This document shows positions 50,501 to 63,610 of a stretch of 64,000 nucleotides of DNA, piece after piece. The stretch spans positions 83,576,001 through 83,640,000 of the forward strand of contig CM060731.1 of assembly GCA_030704615.1 (NCBI GenBank). Reading direction: 5' to 3'. Positions within the stretch are counted from its first letter, which is position 1. Every line of letters begins with the position of its first letter. Below the pieces are notes generated by a model. It saw only the letters and a program-made list of their open reading frames with translations. It was not told the origin of the DNA and did no database searches. The stretch comes from Takakia lepidozioides. Taxonomy: Eukaryota > Plantae > Bryophyta. A program made the translations under genes and the position numbers.

Positions 50501-51155
50501 CTAACAGACCAGGGTACCGAATTTTGTAACCAGTTGATGGAGGTTGTGTGCTTCAACTTGGATGTTAAGCATTGCTTGACAGCTCCTTACAACCCCCAAT
50601 GCAATGGGCTCACTGAACGCTTCAACAAAACCATGTGTCAGCTCCTTGAGAAGAATGGGGCATTGACCGAGGAATGGGATATCACTCTGCCAATACTTAA
50701 TCTTTGCCTACAGGACTTCAATGCATGCTAGCACTCGTTTTTCTCCTTTTGAGTTGCTCTATGGTCGCAAGGCTCGTACACCTCTTCATGTTCATGTACT
50801 TCAGGTTCAAGTGGCACAGCCAATCATATGGGAATAATTTCTTACCCGTCTCATTGCTCATAGACTAGGATTGCTTGAAACTACTAAATATAATATCCAG
50901 GTGTCACAGGTGGCTCAGGCTCGGAACTACTACCGCCGGGTTGTTTACTTTGAGAACTTCTCTCTTGGTCAAACTGTGTGTGTTTGGTTGCAGCCAGACA
51001 AACAAGTGACCAAGTCCAAATTGCGCATCAATGGCCCCTACCTGATTCATGCAATTCTGCCAAGGAGGCAGTACCGGCTCCTGCCCCAGCATCCTTCTAT
51101 AGCAGAGATTGCTGGCACAGTTCATGTTTCCCAGCTGGTGCCTTCTCAACTGTAG
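47560..51155 (+). pseudogene. pol: Degenerate Ty3/gypsy pol with a dUTPase remnant before RT; RT, RNase H and integrase
   Basis: GVLDRGFRGELHLLIAN..IRKGQVMARL; LPRIHDTLD, LDLAAGFWQ, MPFGLCNA, YVDD; QIDASD, KEGLAVI; LTDQGTEF, PQCNGLTERFN, GPY. The start is approximate. Confidence 0.88.
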
Positions 51156-52072
51156 TTTGACTTAACCTGCATCAATGTTGAAAATCGCCTTGTAGTCTTG
51201 ACTCCTCGGAAGCGTGCTCGTTTGGAATCTGCTTCTAGTGAGTAGTTTAGTGGTAGTGGTGACACTGGAGTGGATTTGATTTGTTTTGAAATCGGTTCAC
51301 CCTGACTTTCAGTCAGATTTCACTCTCCAGAGATGGGGTTTTTCCCCCAGGGATGCCTCGGTATGAGCCTAGTCACGTGAGCGCGTGAGCGCAACTGCGC
51401 TCACGCCACGTCACCTTGCGCCAATGCCACATCACGGGGCTCACTCCACGTCATCACACTTGAAGTGCGCGTCACCACGCGCCCAAAAAGAAGTGGAGTG
51501 TATTCCCGCGGATTGGCACCCTTTCCCGCGGAAACAAGCTGGACGATATAATAAAAGATAGTGGTCATTCCCACCTGAAAGCAACAGATGAATAAAGGAT
51601 GGATGAATGTACAGCTGGATGATAAACAGATGGATGAGTGTGAAAAATGAATGTAGATGGATGAATGAGGGATGGATAAGAGTCAAATGGATGAATGTAT
51701 AATGGATGTTGAGCAATGAAAAACATTCATGACAGGAAGATACATGACTAAAACTTTAGACGAATGCACAACGTATATGACATGAGTGTGGTAGGTTTGT
51801 GGGGTGGATTAAAGAGTACAGAGGATGAATGTACAATGGATGTTGAACAAAGGAAAACATTCATGAATGGAGCACGCATGAATACACTGTAGATGAAAGC
51901 ACAATGGATATGACAAGAGTGAGGGAGGTTTGTGAGATGGATTCATACATATTGCAATTTAAATGGTAGTTGATTCTTTGATTATTTTTCTTTCCAAAGG
52001 AACAACTACGGTGGAGGAAGGGGATTCAACGTTTTCCAAAGAGGATGAAACAAAATATTAAAAGAACATAGT

Positions 52073-55000
52073 TCAATCTGACTCAGAGTCAGTACAATGT
52101 ATCCCCACTTCCTCTGCATCTAAGTCTAAGTATTTAAGAACTCCGGATCTACGCTGGCTACACCTACGGCCGGGCAGTAAAAATTCAGGGGATAGGGACT
52201 CGGCCGCGTGAAGTGCCATTGCTTCGGCATAATCAGGAAGCAGAAAATTGGAAAGGGGGCTGTCGAAAACAGACTCGCCACAAATGACTGTATCTCTTGA
52301 AGATCCACCGCTGCCTTTCCTGAAAGACAGCCTGAAAAAGTTATTACTGTAACTTTGATGTTATTGAGAAATTGAGTATGACTCCCAAAGTGGGTTTAGC
52401 ACTTACTCACATGAAAAGTCGTTGTCGACCTGCTTATCTTCGGGATCGTCATCATTTCGAATTTGAATCCGATCAGTCTGTGTGCCTGAAGTGGAGCCAG
52501 ACAAAAGGGGGAGGAGCACTGTGTTGTAGAGGTCAGAATCACCCTCCATGCCAAAAAGGCTTCTTCCGCCTGCCTTGCATGCATGGTAAGTTGCTCCTGC
52601 ACCAGACAGGAGGACATGAACAGTTTGGTGGGGGGGATTTAAGCAGATGGAACTGGTGAAAGAAAATCAATTCGGAAGGGAGAGAACAAACCTGTGGACA
52701 CAGAAAGATCGACCACCCGTGCAGAGTGGTGGTTGCATGACTCCAGCAGTATTTGCATGAACGCTGGGGATTTTTCCTTTGCACCTCTCCAGGGAGTGCC
52801 ATCTGGTCTCTTCAGAGTCTGACTGGACTGCATGAAGTTGTACAAAATGTCATCGACATGCGGCTCATAGGGGGGGTTGACGAAACAACCCTGGTCAGAA
52901 ATCTCAAAGCTGCGGATGGAGGATGGTGTCTTTGAGGTGCGAATCCTCCGCAGGCAGATCGCCTTGAACATCCTCGTCTGCCAAAGATAGCAGGTTAGTG
53001 TGGTAAACACAATCTATAGTGGAAGTATGTACATCGGCTATTCAGAACTCAGGCATAAAACAATCATTTTTATCACAAATCGGTGATGATCGGTGTCGAT
53101 CATGACAGATTCTTCTAGAGTGGAGCTGCAGAGAACATTGAAACTCATCATGAAAGCACAAGCAGAAGGGAGACGACATACCAGCTGACTAGCGAAACCC
53201 CCTTTCACAAGGTAGAGGATATTCACACAATTCCATGTGCGCAAAACTTCAAACCCTGAAGACTTCAGGTATGATGCCAATGCTCGACGACTATCTTTGT
53301 CACATGACTGAAAAAGCAGAAGTGTCCCTGCATCAGAGAGGAAATTATTACAGAACCCGAACACCCAACTCCAGTAGTTGTCCTCGAATTTGTTCCAGCT
53401 TGGCGTCTTGCCCTTTGGAAGAACTTCTGGCACAGCCTGGCCATCCGGGATGTCGAGAATGACAATGTCAGCCGCATATGTTTTCTGCACACCGCACACG
53501 AAGGTGGGACCTGTGCTCACCTGCAACAGACATGTTTATTTTAAGAACGATGGCAAGAATGTTTTCAAAGAACCAAACTGAAATACTGCCAATGAAACTT
53601 TCAGAGAAAAAGGAAAGAAACTGGAATTCTCACCAAATTGAGGAATGAGATTATGTTGTCCCAGGTAGGCGAAGGCACCCTAGTGTATCCTCTCTTTCGA
53701 CTCTGCATCATCGTCAGCCAACCCTCATTGACAATTTTAATCTCTTCTGCCGAATCAGAACGGGAAGGGTGTGGCTTGGCATCGAACACGCACTGAACTG
53801 TGCGGGTATATCTTCCAGCAGTGAAGTCCTGCCCACTCTCCATCTCCTTTTCTTTCTCCTTCCCCTTGTCATTTTCCTTCTCTTTGGACTTGTCTTTGTC
53901 CTTTGGCTTTGCTGGTGAGATGACTATGACATCAAGAACCTTGTCTTTTGGTTTGCGGCCCGCCTTCTTTCCCTTCTGCGGCGTTCCCTGAGCATCAGGC
54001 TCCTTGGCAGCCAATGTTGCTATGTTTCTTTGGTACTCTTCGTCAGTCAGAGGTGCCAGCATCTCAGCATTATTGTTCAAATATTTCATATGTTGTTATT
54101 GAAAGGTCGTGTGCTCCGGTGGGTAGTCAAGGTACCAGCCACAGTCTCTGAAGTGAGAAGGACTCCAGTCCTTCAATATCCCTGCAGTATACATGGTTGG
54201 ATCGTTTGCAGGGTCCGACCACATGTCAAGATAGTCTAGAATACCGCTCAGGTGATTTCCTTCCATAAGCACATATTTCGTGTATCTGTTAAACAGGAGA
54301 TAAATCCCAACCCACCAAAGCGCGAAGTGAGTAAGATGCAAGTAGCACAAAATGAAAAAAACATGGAATGAAATGGCTCTGAGAACTACTCCAAGGACCT
54401 TTCAAGACCACGCGACAGCTCCGGATGTGAATGTCGTCAACGCCATTCAAAAAATTCCATTCAATGATACTGTAAATACACCCTAATCCACGTGAATGCA
54501 AACTCTCGCTTTGGAATGACACAGACATAGAAGTGAATGTCGTCAACGGCATTCACTTTGGATTTGTGAATACACTGCTAATCAAGCCGAATGATTTCTC
54601 AAAAGAGGCAAAATCATTGGGTGGAAACTGAATGTCGGCAACGACATTCAGAAACTCGAGTAAAGAACCCTCCCTAAAAACTCAATGGACATTCATAACG
54701 AACATAACACTGAGGACCTCATAATAACACTGGATGTGAATGGCGTCAACGCCATTCACAAAATTCCGAACAATGAACCAATTAATACACCCTAAGCTCC
54801 TAATCCATGTAAATTCAAATTGTCGCTGGTGAATGACATAGACATAGAAGTGAATGTCGTCAACGACATTCACTTTGGATCTCTGATAACACAGCTAATC
54901 AAGCCTCAAGATTTCTCGCAAGAGGCAAAAGCAATGCAGAACAACTGAATGTCTGCATTGACATTCAGCAAACTGAAGTGAGGAACCCTCACTGTAAACT

Positions 55001-58000
55001 CTATGGACATTACAAAAACTTACATAACTCTGAGGACCTCTCAACAACTCTGGATGTGAATGTCGTCAACGCCATTCAGGGACATTATCAATTCTAATCA
55101 GGGACACTATAATTACACCCTAAGCTCCTAATCCAGGTGAATTCAAATTCTCGCTTAAGAATGACTCAGACAAAGAAGTGAATGTCGTCAACGACATTCA
55201 ATTTGGATCTATGATTACAATCCTTATGAAGCCAAATTATTTCCCAGAAAGTGCAGTAGAGTTTCCAGTATGATATTGCACCTGTACACAACTCGCATCA
55301 TGGCCCATTCTCCTCCAACCTGACTGTCAAAGTCGTTGGACCGTAAAATGTTACCATCTTTGGAGAACTCCCGGAAAAAACAGTATCTCCAGGTGAGACC
55401 TCTCCACTTCCTTATGTATGCCTCCAATCACATTTGGGGAGGGGAAATAATCGAAATGTTCAAGTCCTTCAAAGTCTAATCCAGCACAATGATGGCGTGC
55501 TTTTTGAGCTGCAAATTGTATATTCGTCAGTATTGCAAATAAGATACTCATCACATAATTGAAGAAAAGAAAACGGCTTATTTGAATACACACCTGACTC
55601 CAAAATGTAGCCTTGTGGAGCCAGTTATCAAACACCAAATCACTGATTCCTTCCACCTTTGTGCCAGGCTGTATGGTGCTCTTTGGGAACTGATTCAAGT
55701 CCTTTACTGTCTGATCTGAGTTCCATATCTCCAGCCACCTTATTTTTGTTTGTGGGTCGACCATGGATATGGCCAGCCGGTGCAATTTCTCCTGCTGCAT
55801 CTCCGAATGCACATGTTTGTCATAGTGAGATTTGATCTGCTGAAGGAACTCAGAACCAAGTCCAGGATCTACTATTCTAAGCTGCTTTCCGAAGGCGGAC
55901 ATCAATTTGGTTCTTCGCATTTCAAACTCCTTTTTTATTGCTGCTTCCACACCCTTTGATGTCCTTAGTTCCTCTGGTGTAGTGCGGTAATATTCGGATT
56001 TTCCCTTCTCAGCTGCCTCTGCCAGTTCTTGCTGCATTGATTCAAATAGTGATTAGCACCGAAGGGACTACAAACATGTATTCGAAAAGTACACTGAGTA
56101 CAGACTCGGGCTTACCGCATACATGTACTCCAGAAACGCCTCTCGAGTCAAAGAATACCAAGTGCCTGCAGCTCTTCCTGTTTCGCACTTCTTGATTATA
56201 TTGGGGGGGAGTACTGTCCGAAAATCATCCAACTTCATCAGACCAATCCTCTGAATTCGGAATAGTGTGTGGACCAAGCTTGTTGTCACATGCGATTTCT
56301 CTGTCGATCTGCAAAAACATTGGAAACATTGCATTCCTTAACACTGTTTTTAAGACACTACAAAGGGAATGAAGTCTCTATGATGACTTACTTGTTCACG
56401 TCGTGCATAGCTATAAGAAGCCTAGCGATGTCGTTTCCTGGATCCAAAACCATTGCCTCCACAACAACATGCTTGTCTTTGTCTTCGCATGGTATTTCTG
56501 GATGTATCCCATCCATGCCAGCAATCGGTGGTTGTCGTCCCAGACGTAGAACATGTGGTTGCAGAATTGTTGGGTGTTCTTTCCCATCATGAGGCCCAGC
56601 TCGAACTCCTCATTAGCATCTTTCCAGCACTCATCCCAGGTATCACTGATCTCTGGAGACACTAATGTGCTTTTCCCATTTATATCCGTCAGTGACACAT
56701 AAAAAAACTTGTGCACCAAGTCTGTATCCATGCACGAAATCACTCTCCAATTTTGTTATGTCATGGGAAAGAGGTGGACGCACAACAGACATAGATATCA
56801 TCCGGCACAGAGGGATGTCCAGACGCCCTCCAGATACGAGCATGTCCCTTATAACCTCCTGAGAGTTTACCTTCTGGAATGACATGAGTTCTTTCACCTT
56901 GTCAAGGTAGTGCACTTCAGATTCATCTGCTTCATCGTTATTCTCTGAGCTTTTTCCAGACTCGTCCCCATCTCCAGATCCTTTCCCCTCTGATCCTGTA
57001 GGCCTGGACCTCACAGTTTTCTGCACGATGCCATTCAAATCTGACTGAGTAATGTGCAAATAGTGAACGGCGGTAACGACCATCACTCTGTCTCGACGAA
57101 ACTCACAATGAATGGTGTGAAACAAATTCAGAACCATCTACACAAGCAAAGCGTGCAGATTATTCAGATTGACTCCATTGTGATGAACATCGCAAGCATT
57201 CACTGTTTCTTGTCTATGTCGAGAGTACTTTCCAATTGATACTCTACCTGAATCTACAGTATGGTCTTCAAATCTTTGATTGGCGGTACCGCCTTTCCAC
57301 TTCTCTATCTGTTCAACCTCAAACAAAGAAAATGCATTGCAATACATTATGACTGAATATGCCAACCCTCACTCTCTCTTCAAACACATAGGTACATAAA
57401 TCTCATGAGGAGAATCGAATGGCGTTAACGACGCTCGCAATTCAATAGACTTCAATCACATGTTCCTGCTAAAGAAGGGAAGATGAAGGACTGCTTGAAA
57501 GGCAATCAGACAGACTGTATGATCTGAACAACAGTGAATGACGGTACCGTCAGTCACCCACTCATTGTGCTGTAAACCCTTAACAGAGGAGTAGAAAGCA
57601 AATCACCGTTGTTTCATGATGATGGTCGGTAGCGACAATCCCTTTCTGGGACATTCCACTCAATCTCTACGCAGATCTTCAACAATGAAATGTAAGTTAG
57701 AGAAAACTTACTGGCGCCTTCTTAGGTTTTGAAATTGGATCCCCTTCTGCAGCTTTCCTCTTCCCTCTCACATCTGCTGGAATTTCTGTCTGCTCTAGGG
57801 TTTCTGGACCTTCTCCCGGTTCAGAGTTCCTCGTACTTCCACCTCCTTCAGTTTCCCTGCGAGTCATCTCTGCATCCACAGGCTGGTTTCCAACGCGCAC
57901 TGTTATCGCCGACTGTGTCACAGCCGCTGCCTCAGTCTCGGTCTGCTCTTGTGAATCAGTCTCCGCGTTCACCTGCTGCCTTGGCCCTGTGTTCTCCAAC

Positions 58001-58017
58001 AAACGACGCCTCGTCAT
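52073..58017 (-). pseudogene. ParB-MTase fusion gene copy 3; divergent subfamily, a few frameshifts
   Basis: LDIPLCRM..VVRPPL, WDDNHRLLAW, DIVILDIPDG, EKSPAFMQILLESC, RVVDLSVSTG-ATYHACKAGGRSLFGMEGD. Intron positions from the ParB exon onward match copies 1 and 2. 5' exons are tentative. Confidence 0.82.
54420..55205. repeat. Intronic diverged ~310-320-bp trimeric repeat with eight palindromes GTGAATGTCG-TCAA-CGACATTCAC
   Basis: Cores at 54435, 54541, 54636, 54744, 54858, 54953, 55064 and 55186. More degenerate copies near 57070, 57420, 57540 and 57625. Confidence 0.88.
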
Positions 58018-58883
58018 TTGCTCTCTTGCTCTGCGTCTCTCTCTAAGGGAAGTAAAATAAAGAGACTTTCTTCTCTTTTGTATTGTAGAAGGAACCCTCT
58101 CCAGCTTGACTATCACTCTCCCTCTAAGCGCGAAAAGTAGAAAAACGAAGTGACTCCCGATTTCTTGCGGGATTGCGTGCGTTGTTGCTTGTCTCTAGAA
58201 GCATCGGATTCCCTCTCGCGTGACCGTTACACATAGTCGTTCCCTTATTAGTGCACATGCCAGCAATTAGTGTACAGCTGTTCGTATTCAGTTATCGATG
58301 TCTGACGTGTGTCGCCCAAAATAAACGGCGTGTTCTTTATTAGAACGGTTTCAATATTTAAAAGTAACAGCGAATCCCAGAAATCTTGGCGCACAAATCC
58401 CAGAAATCTTAGACAAATATATATAAATGAACGAGAGTTTGATGACAAATTTTGGGAAATCATACACGGTCATCCTTGTTAGCCAACCCCACGTTCGTTT
58501 CACATTTTGAACTTTCCAGGTGCGCATGATCATTGGTAGTAGTATAAAGATACATTTACTTAATCTGCAATCCAACCCTCAGATCCTGTGGCATGCTTCC
58601 AGGAAGTCGGCTTGTTATTGTGTTTATTGATGAGGTTCTGATTAATGGTTTAACAGCTGCCGACATTGCTCCTAGGGATACTCTGACCACTAGGCCCACA
58701 AGAAAAGTAATTAAAATGGACGGCTGCATATCTGGAAGGAATAACAGAATATGCACAGTCGTCGTCTGAGCTTCCTCCGCCATATTCTTTGCTCATTCTT
58801 CAACTGTGTTCTGGAGACATCAGTAAACCGATTTACACTGAAGGTCTGCGATAGCAAGGTATCAACGTACGCGAGGAAGGAAG

Positions 58884-61800
58884 ATGGCTTCCTCTGAAGC
58901 GGAGTTCTTCTCTGACGACAAACCAGTGCCGTTCTCCCATGAAGTCCTTGACAATGGATTTGCAATTGTTCTGGAACATGTCTTGGCTACCCGTTTTCAG
59001 CTTCAGAATGGCTCCATCTTTTTGGAGAAAGAGGTGTACGATTTGAAAGGGAAGTTGTTGAAATACTCTTTCCAAAACCGTGATGAGACGGCTCATGTCA
59101 GCCAGTGGAGAGTGCGCCCTGGTCGATACAGAGTATTTGGAGAGCCTCGGCGAAAGTCCTTTGGGTCATATGTGATGCCCGGGACTGCTGCTTCGGTCGT
59201 TGAAGACAAGAGAGAGGTGGTGGTGAAAAAAGAACAGACATCCTCCACTCCAATCGTTGAGCTTTCGGATTCGTCCGATGATGACATAAGTGAAATTCCA
59301 AATCCAGTCCTTCCTACTGTGGTTGGAGAAGCTGATGAAGAAGAGATGTGTAGTGTCATTCCAAAACTACGGGCGATGGGAGGAATGGCTGGATTCAAAT
59401 GTGAGTTGCGAGGAATTGATTGGGAATCTTTGAAGCAGGTGCCTGTGAAGTTCTTGCCAGAGACTTTTGATGGCGATATCCTATTCGAGCTGCCTCCTCC
59501 TCCGCGAGTTGGAGGTGTAACAATCATGATGCATGGAATGGACAAGAAACACGACGAGCACCCGTGGTGCAAAACAAAAACATCCAATATTCATAATGAT
59601 GACAAGCTTGTTTTCATGAGAACAGTTTGCAATGGACACCTTAGGTGTGATAATTTGAATTGCAGACACTTTCTTCAGTCTGGGGTTCATAATCAAAGCG
59701 AATGGGAGGGTCTGGCGGAAAATCCATTTCAGCCTGGGACTGCCCCACCACCGGCAAACACTTTCGTCTGCAAATTCTGCAAACTTGTGCCATCCTGCTT
59801 GACGCTCTGCGGAGCAAGAATGTACTATGTTGTCCACCGTTTGAAAACAATGACAAGAGCTTGTGTGCATTTTGGATTCCATAACCATCATGTCTCGAAG
59901 GGGGATTACAGGGAGAGTGTTGAGACAGTATCGAGGTTGATTAAACAGGAGTTCGGGAGAAACCCATCCGCAACAACATTTGCAATTGCTCTTGGCGCAA
60001 ACAAGTCCTTCTTGGAAAGCCATATTTTGAGTGAAGGGGATTCTGTGGGGACTAAACTTGACGGTGCAGCATTGGACTTGGTCATGGATCATTTCTCCAC
60101 TTTGAGTTCACCTAACATTCGGCATCAGATCAATGCATTAAGAATGGGCTCTGGTATCAGAGGCTACATAGACAACATTTTGGAGTTGAAACGAGTGAGC
60201 AAGTACGATTACATCCAGGACAATGTATTCCCAGGTCAAGGTGCCATCAAAGTTTTTCTTTTCAAAATGTCGACTGTTGGGGAGGGCAGTGGGGTTAGCC
60301 TCGTGAAGCGGATGCAGAAGACTGGGGACTTGCAGAACTGTTTTCTTATGTTTGATAATGTGAACGAGTGAAGGATTGGACGACAATGGCTTGTCATGTC
60401 TACGATCCACTGTACCAACGAGTTATGACAATTGCAGTTTGTGACATGCAATCCAAGGATACGGAATCCCAGAAGCTCATGTGGAATTCCCTGATACGTG
60501 TCATGGGCTGCCATGGGTTGCCATCTCCAAATTTCGCAAGTTTCATGGCGGATAGTGCTCAAGCAAATTTCAATGCTGTTCGTATTGTCTTCGGATCGGG
60601 CGACCCAAAAGTGCCAATGCGAGGAAGAGAGTGTACATGTCTATTCCATTTGACACAATCTTTGGAAAAACATACAAAGTCGGACATCAAACCAGAGATG
60701 CAGACTCAGCACCGTAAATTGTGCAAAGAGTACAAAGATGCTAGAACAATGAAGGAGGCGGACACTTTGTTCCAAACAATTCGTGCCTGGTGGTTCTCTT
60801 TTGGAGCTGCATCACTTGAGAGTATGAGAGCATTGAAAGATTGGCTGGCGTTTTGGCACTTCCGGTATAGACAGTGGGGAGCAGTCATGGCAGGGTTACG
60901 AGGCTTATATTTCTTGTTTTATTCATACATTTACTTTCCATTTTATTGTCTCATCGCTTTCTTTATGTTGTTTTCTGTTCACTGTTTTGAGGTGTGTGGT
61001 TCTCCACTTTGCAGAACATGTCCATGGAGGAAATGACGGACATGCCATCTTGCAATTTGGCAGAAACTGTGCACAACGCATGGTTGCAGCAGTCTGGGAA
61101 ACGAGGTCGGGATTTGTATGTGGCAACAACAGATGATTTGATACGTGCCTTGCAACAACAACCCGATACCGTGATTTCTTGCGAGGTGGGGTTGGTGGCA
61201 AAGGTCCGGACAAATGGGAGTTGATGTTGCGTGCTGCAAACAGATCTGGGGATCCAATCAAGATAGCACGGGCGGTGAGCATGTATGCCCAGGGAACGCC
61301 ACTTGTTTCTAGAGTTCCACATCTTGAAGGGCCTCAGAGATTCGGCTCCTGTAAGAAGAAATTGAACACTCCACCTGGTTGGGATTCCGATTCGCACAGG
61401 GCAGACCGTGATAACTTCTCGAAGCCTCGTGTTCCCCTGCATGACAGCTCCATGTCCGGAACCTCCATTGTGGAGGAACCTCCAACACGACGGCAAGCTC
61501 CAGCATCCAACAGTGCCATTGAAATGGTGCAGGAGAGAAACAACCCCCTTGATGTGCTTGAGTCCGCATGCCCCGACCACGTTTGGCACATAGAACGCAC
61601 AAGTGCAGGGTCTCGTGTGAAATGTATAGTGATCAGGGCAACTAATTTCGAGAAGTGCACTTCATCTATATCCAGAGGTGGTGCCCGAACTCCTGCTCCG
61701 ACTTTCACGGGTTTGATGCGTCCATACGATCAACCAGAAGCCAAGAACCACAAGTTCTGGTTCTGCGCAGATGATTGTGCCAGATGTGTGCATGGAACTG

Positions 61801-62399
61801 TGCGTCCTTCCGTAGTGATGAAGCCATCTCCTCCAACCATTTGGCCCGTGAAGGTGGGAACACATCTCAGATTTCAGGAGATTGAAATGCTGGAAGAGGC
61901 AGGCTTTTCCCTTGCGAGACAACCCCAACTCCATGCATGTGCTACTACTTCTGCGTCCTCCCGGGTCCCCCCGACAAATCCTGACTTGTGGCCAACCAAA
62001 CGAGATGGAAAGCTCGTTCGGCGTTTCCCTCCAACCGCTGAACACTTTGGCAAAGTGGAGTCCGCAAGAATGCTCCAAGCTCGTGTTGGAAGCACCACGA
62101 AAGTACCCGATCCAGGATATGGTCGGGTATTCACAATCATCACTTCCACATCTGCTGTTCATGACAGGACCTACGACATCACGGTTTCCAATTTCCCCAA
62201 TTGCACATGTCCTGATTTTGTGAATATGCTATCAACCAGTTTGGGCAAGAGAGGTAAATTCATACCTTGCAAACATTTGTATTTCATATTTTTGAAGATG
62301 ATGGTTTGCGATCCCAAACGTGACAACTTCATTCACCAGGCCACTATGAGTTTCAACGAGGTCGATACTCTATTGCAGCGGGATACAACACATGGGTAG
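58884..62399 (+). pseudogene. Mutator-like DDE transposase of element E; one intron ~60895-61013, two apparent frameshifts (~60365, ~61160)
   Basis: GCM-like CNGHLRC..C..CKFC..C..HFGFHNH; FLMFDNV, FMADSAQANF, CLFH, SCNLAETVH; SWIM CTCPDF..PCKHLY. Confidence 0.88.
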
Positions 62400-63188
62400 C
62401 ATCAACTATGCAATGTGGTATGTGGACGACCATGATTTGAAATGTGTAATTCACATCAATTCGTCGGCGGTGCAATGATATGGCCTCCAACCATACGGAG
62501 TGAGCTCTGAGTGACAACTTTTAAAAGCACATTTGTCATTGCACCGTTCGAAGTCTACATGTCTTGCTGTCGCTATGCACTACAATCATCTTTTGAAGAT
62601 GATCCTAACTCTCATTGTTATTTGAGGAGGGAGGAAGGTCTTCCCGTGGCAGCCTCTATGGCGCACACTTTGTGAGGATATTTTCTCGTCCTCGTAATTG
62701 TAAAAGTGAAACAAGCATTTGTAATTGCACAATGTTGGATGCGACAATTGTAGGCCTCATGGTAGTCTTGATTCTATTTAGGCAAAATTCCCTGCATTAA
62801 TTCCACGGTCATATGACCATCCTCGGTTATAGGCGGCGCATGTTAATGCTGACGTGGCAGATGACGAACAGTGCCACGTCATAATTTGTCGCCACATCAG
62901 CATGCTGACATGACGCTCATGCCACGTCAGCGTGGGTGCAAGCTCATGCCACGTCAGCTGGCGTGAGCGTACGCTCACGCCACGTCACTCCTGCGTGAGC
63001 ATACGCTCGCGCGCAACGCTCACGCCATTGCGTCGTTGTTTTTCCCCAGAAAGGTTTTATCCTTTGCACATGCAGAGCAAGGTTTTGCTTTTTGAGGTTT
63101 TTTCATCCCATCTTTGTGAAATCTTGAGTTGACTTGCTTTGAAAGCTTGCAAGAGCTCGCAACTCTGCGTGCCAGGAGGTTTTACATA

Positions 63189-63610
63189 TGTGATGACTAG
63201 ATTCCACCTACCTTAAGATTCACCAGGGATGAATGCGGATGATGAATAAGGATGGATGACTGGTAGGATGAAGACGCAATGACGCGCTGACACTGCACTA
63301 GCTTAATAAAGTAGGCTGTCTGGAGTTAACAGCTAGCTTCCTAAATAACAACTACGTAGCATCCTATCTGGATGAGCATCTGGACATAATCTATTGAGCC
63401 TATCAGAAGTGGCCACCTGTCTGTGCAAATTAGCCTCCTGGGATTATATAAAGGATTATCTGGAAGCCTAGGCGGCCCGGTGTACTTTCAGTGTGTTTAT
63501 CCCTATGTGCTTGTGTACCTGCATTGGATGAATGGTGTGATTTAGTGTGAGATCTCATCTCTTCATCGTGAGATCCTTCTTCCTCGCAGGCAGGCTATAC
63601 CGAGGTAACA
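63189..63610 (+). repeat. Possible 3' LTR of the gypsy element interrupted by E
   Basis: TGTGAT...GTAACA with an internal TATATAAA, downstream of the integrase once E is removed. No partner LTR is visible. Confidence 0.25.

Larger units (their letters stand above)
51348..63038. mobile_element. Complete 11.7-kb Mutator-like element E: divergent ParB-MTase gene and transposase
   Basis: 9-bp TSD TTTTTCCCC at 51339-51347 and 63039-63047. Imperfect TIRs CAGGGATGCCTCGGTATGAGC and (reverse complement) CAACGACGCAATGGCGTGAGC. Subterminal GCTCACGCCACGTCA motifs at both ends. Confidence 0.88.
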
